A stretch of DNA of 64,000 nt from an uncultured Desulfospira sp. (lineage in GTDB: Bacteria > Desulfobacterota > Desulfobacteria > Desulfobacterales > Desulfobacteraceae), in the NCBI GenBank assembly GCA_963663165.1, contig OY760175.1, positions 1,216,001 to 1,280,000 of the forward strand, read 5' to 3'. The translations under genes and the position numbers were made by a program. The notes under the pieces are model-generated. The model searched no databases and had not been told where the DNA came from. It was given only the letters and a program-made list of their open reading frames with translations. Shown one piece after another: positions 21,701 through 32,559 of this stretch (positions are counted from its first letter, which is position 1; every line of letters begins with the position of its first letter).

Positions 21701-24700
21701 CTCCAAAATCAGATCAAATCCAATGCGTTTTGTCTTCAGTGAATATGCTGCACCGGGAATATAATCGCCACAAAACCGACATCCGGGTCAAGGTGCCCGG
21801 GGGGACGATAAGTTTTGAACGGCGGTATTACGACAACCAGTGGCACCTGGATTATCTGGATGATAATTTAACCTTTCAAAGCACAGGATCGGACTTAATT
21901 ATTAAAAACGATGTTAAATACAAACCTGTCGCCAACGACAGCCGTATTTTTATCCATAAAAATTATAAAATTACCACCACCGACACCGGGTATACCTGGA
22001 AGGCACCCCATGGCGACTGGAAAAAATTTGACCCGGACGGCCGCATGATATCTTACGGTGACCGGAACGGCCTGGTGGCCCAGCTCATTTACGAAGATGG
22101 AGAAAATGGACGACTTACAGGCATAGCCGATAAAAACATGCGCCAAATATTCTGGTTTGAATACGACGGGGAAGGAAACCTGGCAGCCGTAGAAGACTTT
22201 GAGAGGCGTCGGATTGAATACTCTCATGGGAATGGCCTGCTTACGGACGTCCAGGATTTACAGGGGAATACAACCAGCTATGAATACGACGATGAGAACC
22301 GGATTATAAAGACAACTACGCCAGACGGGCATTATTCCACAGTGGTATACGACGAATACGGCAATGCCATCCAATCACTGGATGAAAACAACCAGGGGTA
22401 TGGTTTTGAGTATGCCTATGATGAATCCGCGAGGCTGTCTTATGCCATGACGACTTCTCCTTCAGGACAGGTCAAGGAGGCCTGGTATGACCTGAACGGA
22501 TACACCCGCAGGGTTGACATCAACGGCCGGACAGTCAAGACCATTGATGTATCACAAAGAACCTTTGCCGTGACCGATGAGAACGGTAATGTAACCATCG
22601 AAGAGTATGATGAATGGGAAAATTTAATCCGGATGGCCTACCCGGACGGCAGTGAGGTGACTTACGAATACGAGCGGACCTATAACCAACCGGTCCGCAT
22701 GGTAAATGAAAACGGTGTGGCCACCCTTTTTGAATATGACGACAACGGCAACCTGACCCAGAAGACGGAAGCTGCCGGCACCGATGATGAACGCATCACC
22801 CAATACACCTATGATGAAGACGGCAATACCCTGACCATCACCATTTTGGCCGATGCCGTTACAAGTGTCTCTCAAACCGTGATGACCTATGATGACAACG
22901 GCAACCTTGAAACCCTTACCGACCCGGCAGGCGGAATTACCCGGTTCACCGATTATGACATTACAGGCAGGCTCCTTACAAAGATCGACGCCAGGGGCAA
23001 AACCTGGGGCTACACCTATGACACCAAAGGCAACCTTAAAACCGCCACCGATCCTTTGGGCAACACCACTGAATATGAATACGATAAAGCCGGCAACCGG
23101 ACCCGAATGGTGGATGCCCTGGGCCGCCAGACCCTGTTCGAATATGATCTCCACGGCAACCTTGTCCTGCAAACCGACCACGAGGTCAACGAAACCCGGT
23201 TTGAATATGATGCCGGCAATAACCTGATCCGGAAAACCGATGCCCAGGGCTCCACCACCCAAAGTACCTATGACACCGAAGGCCGCATGGTCAGCACGGT
23301 TGACGGCCATGGGGATGAGACCGCTTTCGAATACAATGATACAGATACCGGCTGCTCGTCCTGCAACGGTTCCCGGGGCCTGCCCTCCAGGATCATCTAT
23401 CCCACGTTCACAAAAACATTCACCTATGACAGACGAAACCGGAAAACCGCAGAGACAGACCATCTGAACGATACCACCGAAACCACCACCCTGTTTGAAT
23501 ATGACAGCGCCGGCAACCTTGCCGCAAAAACCGACAAAGAGGGGCGAACCACCGCATACACCTATGATGCCCTGAACCGGATTACAAAAGTAATTGACCC
23601 GGCCAACGGTGAAACCATTTATGAATATGACGACCGGGACAACCTGATATCACTGACCGACGCTGAAAACCAGACCACGCTATTTGAGTATGACGCAGCC
23701 AACCGACTGGTAAAGGAGACCCGTCCCCTGGGCAATGAGACCACCTACGCCTATGACGACGCCGGCAACCTGACCGAAAAGATTGATGCCAAAAACCAAA
23801 AAACCGAATATAACTATGACGATGCCGGCAGGCTAAAACAAATCCGTTACATTGCATCTTCAACCGGCACGGCTCCTGCCAAAACTGTAACCTTTTCTTA
23901 CGACAAAACCGGCAACCTGACCGGCTACAACGACGGGACCACTTCAGCGGACTACACCTACAACACCTTAAACCAAAAGGTCAAAGAGACCGTGAACTAC
24001 GGAGCATTCTCCCTTGAAACCGGCACAACCTATTACGGCAACGGCCTGAAAAAGACCCAAACCGGGCCGGACGGCACCACCTACGGCTATCTGTACGACA
24101 CCAACAATCAACTTTCTGCTGTACAGGTCCCCAATGCCGGGTATATAACTATAGGTGAATACCTGTGGAACCGGCCCAAATCGTTGCTGTTCCCGGGCGG
24201 CAGCCAAAGAACCGTTGAATACGACCCTCTCATGCGCATCAAGCAGATCACAGGCCGGGACCAGGCAGACAATCAAAACTTAAGCTTGGCTTATGAGTAC
24301 GACAAAATGGACAACATAACCGCCAAAGCCACGGAACATGGCTCGTATGCTTATGAGTACGATACCCTGTACCGGTTAACCAATACGGACAACCCGGTCC
24401 TGGATAACGAGGCCTTTACCTATGACAACGTGGGCAACCGGATGACATCGGCAGAGACTTCCGCCCAGTGGTCCTACAACCAGAACAACGAACTGGCCGG
24501 TTACGACAACGTAACCTTTACCCATGACGCCAACGGCAACATCATTGAGAAGAACAACAACGGTACCATTACGCGCTTTTACTATAATATTGAAAACCGT
24601 CTGGAGCGTATGGAAAACGAATCCGGGACTGTAATTGCCGAATACTACTATGACCCATTTGGCCGCCGTCTCTGGAAAGACGTATCCGGAACCCGTACCT

Positions 24701-25653
24701 GTTACCACTACACTGACGAGGGCCTGGCAGGCGAATACAATGCCGCAGGCAACGCGGTAAAAACCTACGGCTATAAACCCGGCGGAACCTGGGGAACTGA
24801 TCCGTTGTTCATGAAAGTTGGGCCTGAGTACTATTTTTATCACAACGATCACTTAGGCACCCCTCAAAAAATGACGGCTGTCAATGGAGCTGTGGTTTGG
24901 TCGGCTACGTATAGTTCATTCGGTGAGGCAGAAATTGATCCTGCATCTACGGTTGAAAATAATCTGCGGTTCCCGGGACAGTACTATGACTCTGAAACCG
25001 GGATACATTACAATTTTTATCGTTACTACAATCCCGAAACCGGACGATATATAACAACTGATCCTATCGGGTTTGAAGGAGGGTTTAATCTTTTTGTTTA
25101 TGTTTTAAACAACCCTTCAGGGTGGATAGATCCTATGGGGCTGAACCCTTACAAATGGGGATATTGCGGCCCTGGCTATCGAGCAGGCCCTGGTAGAGAG
25201 TGTTGGCCAACAGATGACCCAAAGTATCAATGCCCACCTGGATATTATAAAGCAGGGAAAGAGTGTTTTCCAAAGACTATGGACGAATATCCATGTGGGG
25301 CAGGAAGAATCGATGATGGGCACGGAAGTTGCGTTAAAGTTTGGCCGCCCCCTTCTCCAAAGTCTGAAGAGAAAGGAGCATATTGTGAATATGGGAATAG
25401 AATAATTTCTTGCACACTCGATGCTGCATCGGTTGTAGCTACAGTAACCGGGGCTGGGGTGCCTGTTGGCATAACTATCAACGTTATAAGTGTTGGACAT
25501 GGATTTATAGCGTGGTCTGTTTGCGGTGGAAGTACGTCAACGGGTACGACAATCGTTGGAGGAGTGGCTGGTATAATTCCTAATGCAACAGCTAAAAAAA
25601 TTAATTTAGCTATGACCGCTATAGACGCTGCTTTAAATGTTGCAGGTTATTAA
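18782..25653 (+). pseudogene. 5'-truncated Rhs paralogue (copy 3) with a 1-nt frameshift near 19741; downstream ORF 19765..25653 is intact with a Cys-rich/hydrophobic tip
   Basis: Matches copy 1 from about position 2176. It reads gacccttagatcagc versus gacccttgagatcagc in copy 1. The tip follows DPMGL at 25144-25653. Confidence 0.85.
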
Positions 25654-25657
25654 AGCA

Positions 25658-26161
25658 ATGAACACTCTCTGCTATTCCTTTATAGTATATTACGTGTTAG
25701 GTATTGTATTAAGCCTTTTAAAAATCCCTGATGCAGATCAATTCAGTGATATATTAATTATTGTCCCTTTTTATACTTTTTTACCTTTTTTAATTATTTG
25801 TTTTTTTCTAATTAAAAGTTTTAATCTCGGTAAAAAAAAACAAGTATTATGGAATACTCTTTTGTTTTCAATAGCTTTTTCCATAGCGACAGCCCAATGG
25901 GTCTATTATTTAAACATGAATATAGGAGAACATAAAAAGATCACAATTGCAGGACAAGTTATTTCAAAGAAACCTGGAAAAGGAAACTCAAAACCGGTAA
26001 TTACGATAAAGAATACTGAAACGACTATTCATTTAGCTATAAAGCGAAGTGTATGGACGCAAATAAATAATTGGGAAGGAATCTCAATAGATTTACGAAA
26101 GGGTCGTTTTGGATTTTATTATTTACAAAAGGGGGAGCTAGCTGAAAGTATGGCGGAGTGA
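25658..26161 (+). CDS. Putative immunity protein (3 TM plus soluble C-terminal domain)
   Basis: AT-rich ORF directly after the copy 3 stop. The ORF track start is 25637; 25658 is the first non-overlapping ATG. Confidence 0.72.
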   Translation: MNTLCYSFIVYYVLGIVLSLLKIPDADQFSDILIIVPFYTFLPFLIICFFLIKSFNLGKKKQVLWNTLLFSIAFSIATAQWVYYLNMNIGEHKKITIAGQVISKKPGKGNSKPVITIKNTETTIHLAIKRSVWTQINNWEGISIDLRKGRFGFYYLQKGELAESMAE

Positions 26162-26805
26162 TCCGGTCGGAACTCTGATCTGGGGTCTCTGATCTGATTT
26201 GACCCGGAAAATGGAAAATGGGGTCAGAGTAAAATTAAATATTGAATTATTTCATTACAATGATAAGTTAAGCCCATGGCACGATTACAACGAATCGAAT
26301 CCGGAACTATAATTGCCGAATACTACTATGACCCCTTTGGCCGCCGTCTTTGGAAAGACGTATCCGGAACCCGAACCTGCTACCACTACACCGACGAGGG
26401 CCTGGCAGGCGAATACAATGCCGCAGGCAACACGAAAAAGACCTACGGCTACAAACCCGGCGGAACCTGGGGAACTGATCCGTTGTTCATGAAGGTTGGG
26501 TCCGAGTATTATTTTTACCACAATGACCACTTAGGCACCCCTCAAAAAATGACGGCTGTCAATGGGGTTGTTGTTTGGTCGGCTAGGCACAGTTCGTTTG
26601 GCAAAGCTGAAGTTGATCCTGCCTCAACGGTTGAAAATAATCTGCGTTTCCCGGGACAATATTTCGATTCTGAAATCGAGGCTCATTACAATTTTCATCG
26701 TTACTATGATCCAGGAATCGGGCGGTATATTACTGCTGATCCTATTGGGCTTGGGGGTGGAGTGAATCTTTTTGTTTACGCCCTAAATAATTCTATTACT
26801 TTAAT

Positions 26806-28651
26806 CCCAAAATAAGTGTGAAATAAGTAATAAAAATGAGAAAAAAGTCTCGAAACGCCTATCAATAAAGAGTATAATGAGTTTGGCAAAACGAACTATA
26901 CCAAATTGAAAGGGCGTTTCGAGTGAATAAGAATATCATCAAAAAATTGGCAAAACGCAAGAAAAAAATAAGCAAAAAACTGAACAAAAGAGATTGGACT
27001 GAGCAGCCAACTCCCATGCTAAAGGCATCCAATATCCAGTATGAGATCGACGGTCGCCTTCAGGGAATATCACATGGAGGCATTGGCCTGATCCATATGT
27101 TGGCCAAAAAGACCGGCCTTTTGAAAGAAATCGATAAAGAACTTGAGCTGCTCAAGCGCCATTTGCCATATCATGAATCTGATCATGTCGCCAATATGGC
27201 ATACAATATTCTTGCAGGCGGAACCTGTCTTCAGGACATTGAATTGCAAAGAAACAATGATGCCTGGCTTAATGCTCTGGACGCAAAAATGATCCCTGAT
27301 CCGACAACGGCAGGGGATTTTTTGCGCCGGTTTTCCCAGGAAAATATCATTACCCTGATGGATGTGAAAAATACCATACGGAAAAAAATATGGGAAAAGC
27401 AGCCTCAAAATTTCAAAGAATCAGCCATCATCAATATTGACGGAACTATCAGTGAGACAAGCGGCAAGTGCAAACAGGGTATGGACATCTCCTACAATGG
27501 TAAGTGGGGGTATGCCCCGCTGGTTGTTTCACTGGAGAGAACAAGGGAACCTCTTTATGTCATCAACCGCTCGGGCAATGCCCCGTCCCACCTTGACTCT
27601 GCCCGGTGGGTGGATAAGGCTCTTGATCTGACGGAAGGCACTTTTAAAAAATTATACGTTCGGGGAGATACGGATTTCAGCCTTACCACGCACTTTGACA
27701 AATGGGATCAACGTTGTTCCTTTATTTTTGGCATGGATGCCAGATCAAATCTAACAAAACGTGCAAATGCTCTTCCTGAAACCGACTGGGTCAGGCTTGA
27801 AAAACTGTCTGCGAAAATTAAAACTCAGCCCCGGAAACGTCCTGAGAATATCAAACTTCAAGTGGTGAAAAAGCGCAAATTCAAACGCATAGAGACTGCG
27901 TATGAACATATAGCCGAGTTTGAATACAAACCGGGAAAATGTCAAAAACCATACAGAATGATCGTTTTGCGTAAAACAATAAACGAGTTCAAGGGAGAAT
28001 TACTACTGTTCGATGATATCCGCTACTTTTTTTATATTACCAATGATTGGAAAAAACCGGCCAAACAACTGGTAGCCTTTTACCGGAAACGGGCTGACCA
28101 CGAAAATGATATTGAACAGTTGAAACATGGCGTACGTGCTATGGATAATCCTTCAGACTCTTTGAATGCCAACTGGGCCTATATGGTTATTACCTCCATG
28201 GCATGGGATCTGAAAGCCTGGTATGGGCTGCTGATGCCATATCGTGCATTAGGGCTTTCCATCATCCGCATGGAATTCAAGCGTTTTATCCAGACATTTA
28301 TAAACATCCCCTGTTTAATTTTGAAATCTGGCAGGGCTATAAAATATCGAATTATTGGCTATAACAACCGGCTCCAAAGCATGTTCAAATATTTTGATTT
28401 TATAAGGACCGTCCGGGTTACATGATGCCATTGCTCTCCGGATAGTTATTGCAAACGGGTTGCAATGGCGAGTCCAAACCCTGCAGTCTCAAAAAAGGAA
28501 TGACAAAAACATGAAACACAAGACAACTGGCAATACTCAAAAAAACTGGGGACTCGTGTTTCTACTGGATGGCAAGTTGGTGGCCAAAATAATACCTCAA
28601 ACGGCGGGTTGCTCATGAGTATATCTTTTTTGAAAACGCGCTTGTTTTGGG
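26806..28651 (+). mobile_element. IS1380-family insertion sequence
   Basis: IRs cccaaaataagtgtg / cgcgcttgttttggg. The direct repeat tttaat flanks it at 26800-26805 and 28652-28657. Confidence 0.88.
26923..28425 (+). CDS. IS1380-family transposase
   Basis: 500 aa with motifs IPDPTTAGDF, WGYAPL, VRGDTDF and FYRKRADHENDIEQLK. One catalytic-region residue reads INIDGT. Confidence 0.88.
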   Translation: MNKNIIKKLAKRKKKISKKLNKRDWTEQPTPMLKASNIQYEIDGRLQGISHGGIGLIHMLAKKTGLLKEIDKELELLKRHLPYHESDHVANMAYNILAGGTCLQDIELQRNNDAWLNALDAKMIPDPTTAGDFLRRFSQENIITLMDVKNTIRKKIWEKQPQNFKESAIINIDGTISETSGKCKQGMDISYNGKWGYAPLVVSLERTREPLYVINRSGNAPSHLDSARWVDKALDLTEGTFKKLYVRGDTDFSLTTHFDKWDQRCSFIFGMDARSNLTKRANALPETDWVRLEKLSAKIKTQPRKRPENIKLQVVKKRKFKRIETAYEHIAEFEYKPGKCQKPYRMIVLRKTINEFKGELLLFDDIRYFFYITNDWKKPAKQLVAFYRKRADHENDIEQLKHGVRAMDNPSDSLNANWAYMVITSMAWDLKAWYGLLMPYRALGLSIIRMEFKRFIQTFINIPCLILKSGRAIKYRIIGYNNRLQSMFKYFDFIRTVRVT

Positions 28652-29091
28652 TTTAATAGATCAGATAGGGTTATCGGTAGAGTTGGGATTCAGTGGCGAT
28701 TTTTGGATAGTCGGATGTAGCGCTCATCGTATTTATGATACATGTTGCAAAGATGGGAGAGTTATAAAACGTACAATATCAAAAGCTTGTATTAGTTTTG
28801 GACCGGCACTTGAAGCTAAGCTTGAATTGCATAATATAGTAAAAATCATTAAATACTTAACTGACAGTATTAAATATGACCCCAATAATAATGAAGGTCA
28901 CTGTGATGAAGATTCGTGGGTTACAAACCCCAATAACGAGTACGGGGGTACTTTCTTGGTATACAACCATGACTCAAGAACTGGACCTAATTTTAAAATT
29001 GGATTAGGTGGATATTGGCGTTGGTTTAAACATTGCCGATATAAAGTTGTAGATTCAGAAGAAACTGATCAATGTTGTAATACTGAATAGG

Positions 29092-29355
29092 TTGTATGAG
29101 ATGTATTATTTAACATTCAGCGGCTATGCTACAATAATATGTTTAGCTATTTTCTTTTTAACATCAACTTACATCTTAATTAAGCTCGGTATAAGGAATA
29201 TGGCAATATATGAATCTTACATTATTATTTTTCCCATTTTTATTATAAAGTACATTATTCAAGAAGGCACCTGGAAAAGTTTCTCAATAGTTTTCACTAA
29301 TATTATCTCTATTATTTTATGGTTTTTTCTCGGCTTTATGGAAAAGTCATTTTAG
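29092..29355 (+). CDS. Putative immunity protein, membrane
   Basis: 87 aa with three hydrophobic segments, immediately after the tip stop. Confidence 0.65.
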   Translation: MYEMYYLTFSGYATIICLAIFFLTSTYILIKLGIRNMAIYESYIIIFPIFIIKYIIQEGTWKSFSIVFTNIISIILWFFLGFMEKSF

Positions 29356-29361
29356 TCGAGG

Positions 29362-29664
29362 ATGGAAAAGGGTATTTTTTATATGGAAGTTCTTATGCAG
29401 TTAACCTTACCATTGTCTGCTCTTGTAACAGTAATAACTTATTTAAATTTTTTAAAACAGATTAGAAACAACATTGATCGAATTGATGTCAATATTGATA
29501 ATTTTTTCGTTTTAAACTTTCTATCAGTGTATAAATCATATATTAGAACTCGAAAATTAGATAATTTAAATATTGGGGTTATGTTTTATGTTCATTTTAT
29601 TTTTTTATTTATAATGATCATTTTAGCCTATTTGCTCGACGGGAAACAGGTTTTCATAATTTAA
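29362..29664 (+). CDS. Second small membrane protein, putative (orphan) immunity
   Basis: 100 aa with hydrophobic termini, AT-rich, preceded by GAGG. Confidence 0.55.
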   Translation: MEKGIFYMEVLMQLTLPLSALVTVITYLNFLKQIRNNIDRIDVNIDNFFVLNFLSVYKSYIRTRKLDNLNIGVMFYVHFIFLFIMIILAYLLDGKQVFII

Positions 29665-29764
29665 TTCGGTGACCGGGAGATAATTGGTCAAATGCGCTGG
29701 GCTTTTAGCGCAGCTTGATCCTCGATTCCCTAAAATCATCTTGTATGGCCTTTAAAACCGACTT

Positions 29765-29897
29765 CGGTTTGGGGTCGGGCCACAGCAACCCATTGTAATA
29801 TCTATAAAAGAGCTAAAAATATACCCCTAAAACGGCCTTAATCGACTCTTTTGGGGGCCGAAAACATGGGTTTAATTTTACTCTGACCCTATTTTTA
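29765..29897. repeat. 133-bp GGGTC double-ended repeat unit, copy C
   Basis: Identical by eye to copy A. It is followed directly by an internal Rhs fragment. Confidence 0.92.
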
Positions 29898-30009
29898 CAT
29901 GGCGACTGGAAAAAATTTGACCCGGACGGCCGCATGATGTCTTACGGTGACCGGAACGGCCTGGTGGCCCAACTCATTTACGAAGATGGAGAAAATGGAC
30001 GCCTTACAG
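29898..30009 (+). pseudogene. Short internal Rhs fragment (HGDWKKFDPDG...GRLT) fused to an AT-rich membrane-protein gene remnant
   Basis: Identical to copy 1 at about 5416-5528. It switches abruptly to AT-rich sequence at about 30010. Confidence 0.82.
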
Positions 30010-30266
30010 TTGACAAAGAAATATTCAATTATTTTTATTTTAATAGAATAATGTTAGAATTAAGATATGAAATTATGACAAATATTATGCTTATTTTCAT
30101 TGCACTCCTTATAATTTTTTTAACTTATATAAGACGAAAAAGAGTATCGAAGAGTATCGAAGCCGGGCGAAGCCGGGTCGGACCGAAAGCGCCGATTAAA
30201 ACCGGTAAAGGATAGAGAATGAAAAATGCGAGCCGCCGAGCCGTATGATGTGTTCGGTTTGCCACG

Positions 30267-30399
30267 CGGTTTGGGGTCGGGCCACAGCAACCCATTGTAA
30301 TATCTATAAAAGAGCTAAAAATATACCCCTAAAACGGCCTTAATCGACTCTTTTGGGGGCCGAAAACATGGGTTTAATTTTACTCTGACCCTATTTTTA
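30267..30399. repeat. 133-bp GGGTC double-ended repeat unit, copy D
   Basis: Identical by eye to copy A. The end is stuttered (ctattttta ctattttta). Confidence 0.92.
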
Positions 30400-30410
30400 C
30401 TATTTTTAGT

Positions 30411-30617
30411 GTTGGGCGTTGTTTAGTCGCTGAAGAGGCTAAGTGCCAAAAACAACAAAACTGTGCTTTAAGAAACAAATGTCGTTTTAATGCTCATGTA
30501 AAATGCTATACAAAATATGTATTTGTTGATCCTTTTAATCCTTTTGGCCCAGGCTTTCCAGAGGGTGGGCCGGAATTAGGATGGGAAGAACTTTTCCCAG
30601 ATTGGTGGGAAAATTAG
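30411..30617 (+). pseudogene. Headless Cys-rich toxin tip remnant
   Basis: Manual translation gives VGRCLVAEEAKCQKQQNCALRNKCRFNAHVKCYTKYVFVDPFNPFGPGFPEGGPELGWEELFPDWWEN*, with no start codon. A membrane-protein gene follows. Confidence 0.6.
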
Positions 30618-30754
30618 AAGAAAAAACAGAAAGATGCTTAAACTATATGTTATTCACTTTTTTACGGTTTCAATCGGCTATCCTTTAATTAACGCTTATT
30701 TTTTCTTTGGTTTTTATGGATTTATACTCTATGACCGCAAATGACGGTTGGTAT

Positions 30755-32509
30755 TTATTTTGCATCTGCTGGACAAAACAGCGTTGAGATTTTTACCGTT
30801 AATTCAGTATCCCTTATCATTTTTTTGATCCCCGGGAATATTTTGCAATTGTTTTCAGCCGCCTTGGTCAGCTCTTTTTGTACCAGATCAGCATCAATTT
30901 GTGAAAACCTTTCTGCCAGGTTGGAACATCCATTGAGAATAATCTCCATATACTTGTCGTTTTTTAAATTTTGCACCAGCGGCGTGTCGGCAAGGACCGC
31001 TTTTAGCATTTTGTTCAGCGATCCCATGCCGGTTTTTTTCCGACCTCGTCGTTTTTCATCCCGGAAAAATCTCTCCAGAAGGTTATTCGTCCTCTGTGGT
31101 TGGACCGTAAAAATTCCGTCCGATGTGACGACTGGTATCGGGTCGGCAAAGAGCTTTTCCCAGTATTTGTCAATCTGTGCCACCATGTTAGCATAGGTTT
31201 TTTGTCTGTGTTTATTCTCAAGGAGCCAGTTCCTGAATTCAGTCACTTTTTCTTCAATACTTTTCATGTTCATGGAATCGCCATTATCATTAATGCCATT
31301 TTTGCCATCAGGAAGGGCAATTCGCATAGCACAACGCAGCTTGTCAAATACGGCTGCCTTTGATTCCATGTTTTTGGCAAGATCATTAAGACGCTTATCT
31401 TCTACGACTTTTATGACTACTTTATATAATTGGGAAAAGGCTCTGTTTAAATTTGCTGCCTCACTGAGGTTCACGGTCATGATTTGTTCCAGCAACCGGA
31501 GAACATCTTGAAGACGTCGATAAAAATCAAGGTATGGACGGTCAAAAGGGAAACCATATCCGTTGGATTGATTTGGATAGTCAAATATCCAATGGATTAA
31601 AGCATATGCCATAATCGTGGGGATATGATCGAAATCAGTTGCCTGCCAATTCCCACTTTGAAGGCTCTCAATAATTTCATCAATATCCTTGCCGACCGGA
31701 TCAATTTTTTTCTCAAGATACTTGGCCTGCCTCCTCAATGCAGGTCGAACCTTGAGTTTCTTTAACCGTTTCTGCAAAAAACTATATTCATCAGCTAGCA
31801 GGTCTTTGCCAATGTCACGCAGGAAATGAAAATGACATATAAAATCGGGTGTCCCTGGGAAAACTTCCTCCACCGCACTGACAATCCCTTTACCCATATC
31901 GTGTACGAGTGCCCTTGGTTCACCATACTGCTCTTTGATGCTACGGAAAAATGGGATGAGCTCATCTTTTTTCTCTGAAGAAATTTTTACCGTATCAAGG
32001 ACCAGTTCTGAGAGTCCGTCAAGGCCGCAAAATAGATTGGGGCTATCACCTTCACAAGTTCCATCCACATGAAGGATATATCCTCCCCTGCTTGTGAAGA
32101 ACTTTCGCAGAGCCGGCCGGCTCTGTCGGTGAGCCAGGGCAAGATAAATGATAAACTTACGGCCCAGAAAGCTGATCTCCCGTTCAGAGATGAATACATT
32201 CTTGATCGCCAATTCAGCCATGACCTCCTGATTGCTGAGACAACGGACAAAAAGTGCAAACCCCACCTCCACAATGACATCAAACCCGAAAGTGCCGCCC
32301 CTGGGTACAAGGTTTCGAAGCTGTTCGGACCTGAACGTTCCGTGACCGTGGGGGCAATACAATACCGTTTCCTTGGCAAAATAGGCACCGATGTCCATGG
32401 TGACCCTGGTCTTCGTATCGGTTTTCTGAACATGGAGTGTAGAATTACAATCAGGGCATTTTAAAATTTCCGGGTAAAAATGCAAAGTCGGCTTTGCTGA
32501 GAATAGCAC
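30755..32509 (-). CDS. Transposase with MULE-like DDE domain and N-terminal Zn ribbon
   Basis: Motifs LHVDGT, VHDMGKGIVSAVEEVFP...ICHFHFLR and TNNLLERFFR. Confidence 0.78.
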   Translation of the reverse strand: MLFSAKPTLHFYPEILKCPDCNSTLHVQKTDTKTRVTMDIGAYFAKETVLYCPHGHGTFRSEQLRNLVPRGGTFGFDVIVEVGFALFVRCLSNQEVMAELAIKNVFISEREISFLGRKFIIYLALAHRQSRPALRKFFTSRGGYILHVDGTCEGDSPNLFCGLDGLSELVLDTVKISSEKKDELIPFFRSIKEQYGEPRALVHDMGKGIVSAVEEVFPGTPDFICHFHFLRDIGKDLLADEYSFLQKRLKKLKVRPALRRQAKYLEKKIDPVGKDIDEIIESLQSGNWQATDFDHIPTIMAYALIHWIFDYPNQSNGYGFPFDRPYLDFYRRLQDVLRLLEQIMTVNLSEAANLNRAFSQLYKVVIKVVEDKRLNDLAKNMESKAAVFDKLRCAMRIALPDGKNGINDNGDSMNMKSIEEKVTEFRNWLLENKHRQKTYANMVAQIDKYWEKLFADPIPVVTSDGIFTVQPQRTNNLLERFFRDEKRRGRKKTGMGSLNKMLKAVLADTPLVQNLKNDKYMEIILNGCSNLAERFSQIDADLVQKELTKAAENNCKIFPGIKKMIRDTELTVKISTLFCPADAK

Positions 32510-32559
32510 ACTAGTTTGGACGGACCCAGTCAGCTTGGAGATAAAGCTTTTGAGCAGTT

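Larger units (their letters stand above)
26276..29090 (+). pseudogene. Orphan Rhs core plus Cys-rich toxin tip, split by IS1380
   Basis: Removing 26806-28657 restores the in-frame reading ...YALNNSITLIDQIGL-SVELGF...QCCNTE*. Confidence 0.85.

Noticed and set aside
9439..30399. 133-bp repeats or GGGGTC stutters as a CRISPR array
   Set aside because: The units are too long, dispersed kilobases apart with no regular spacers, and there are no cas genes.
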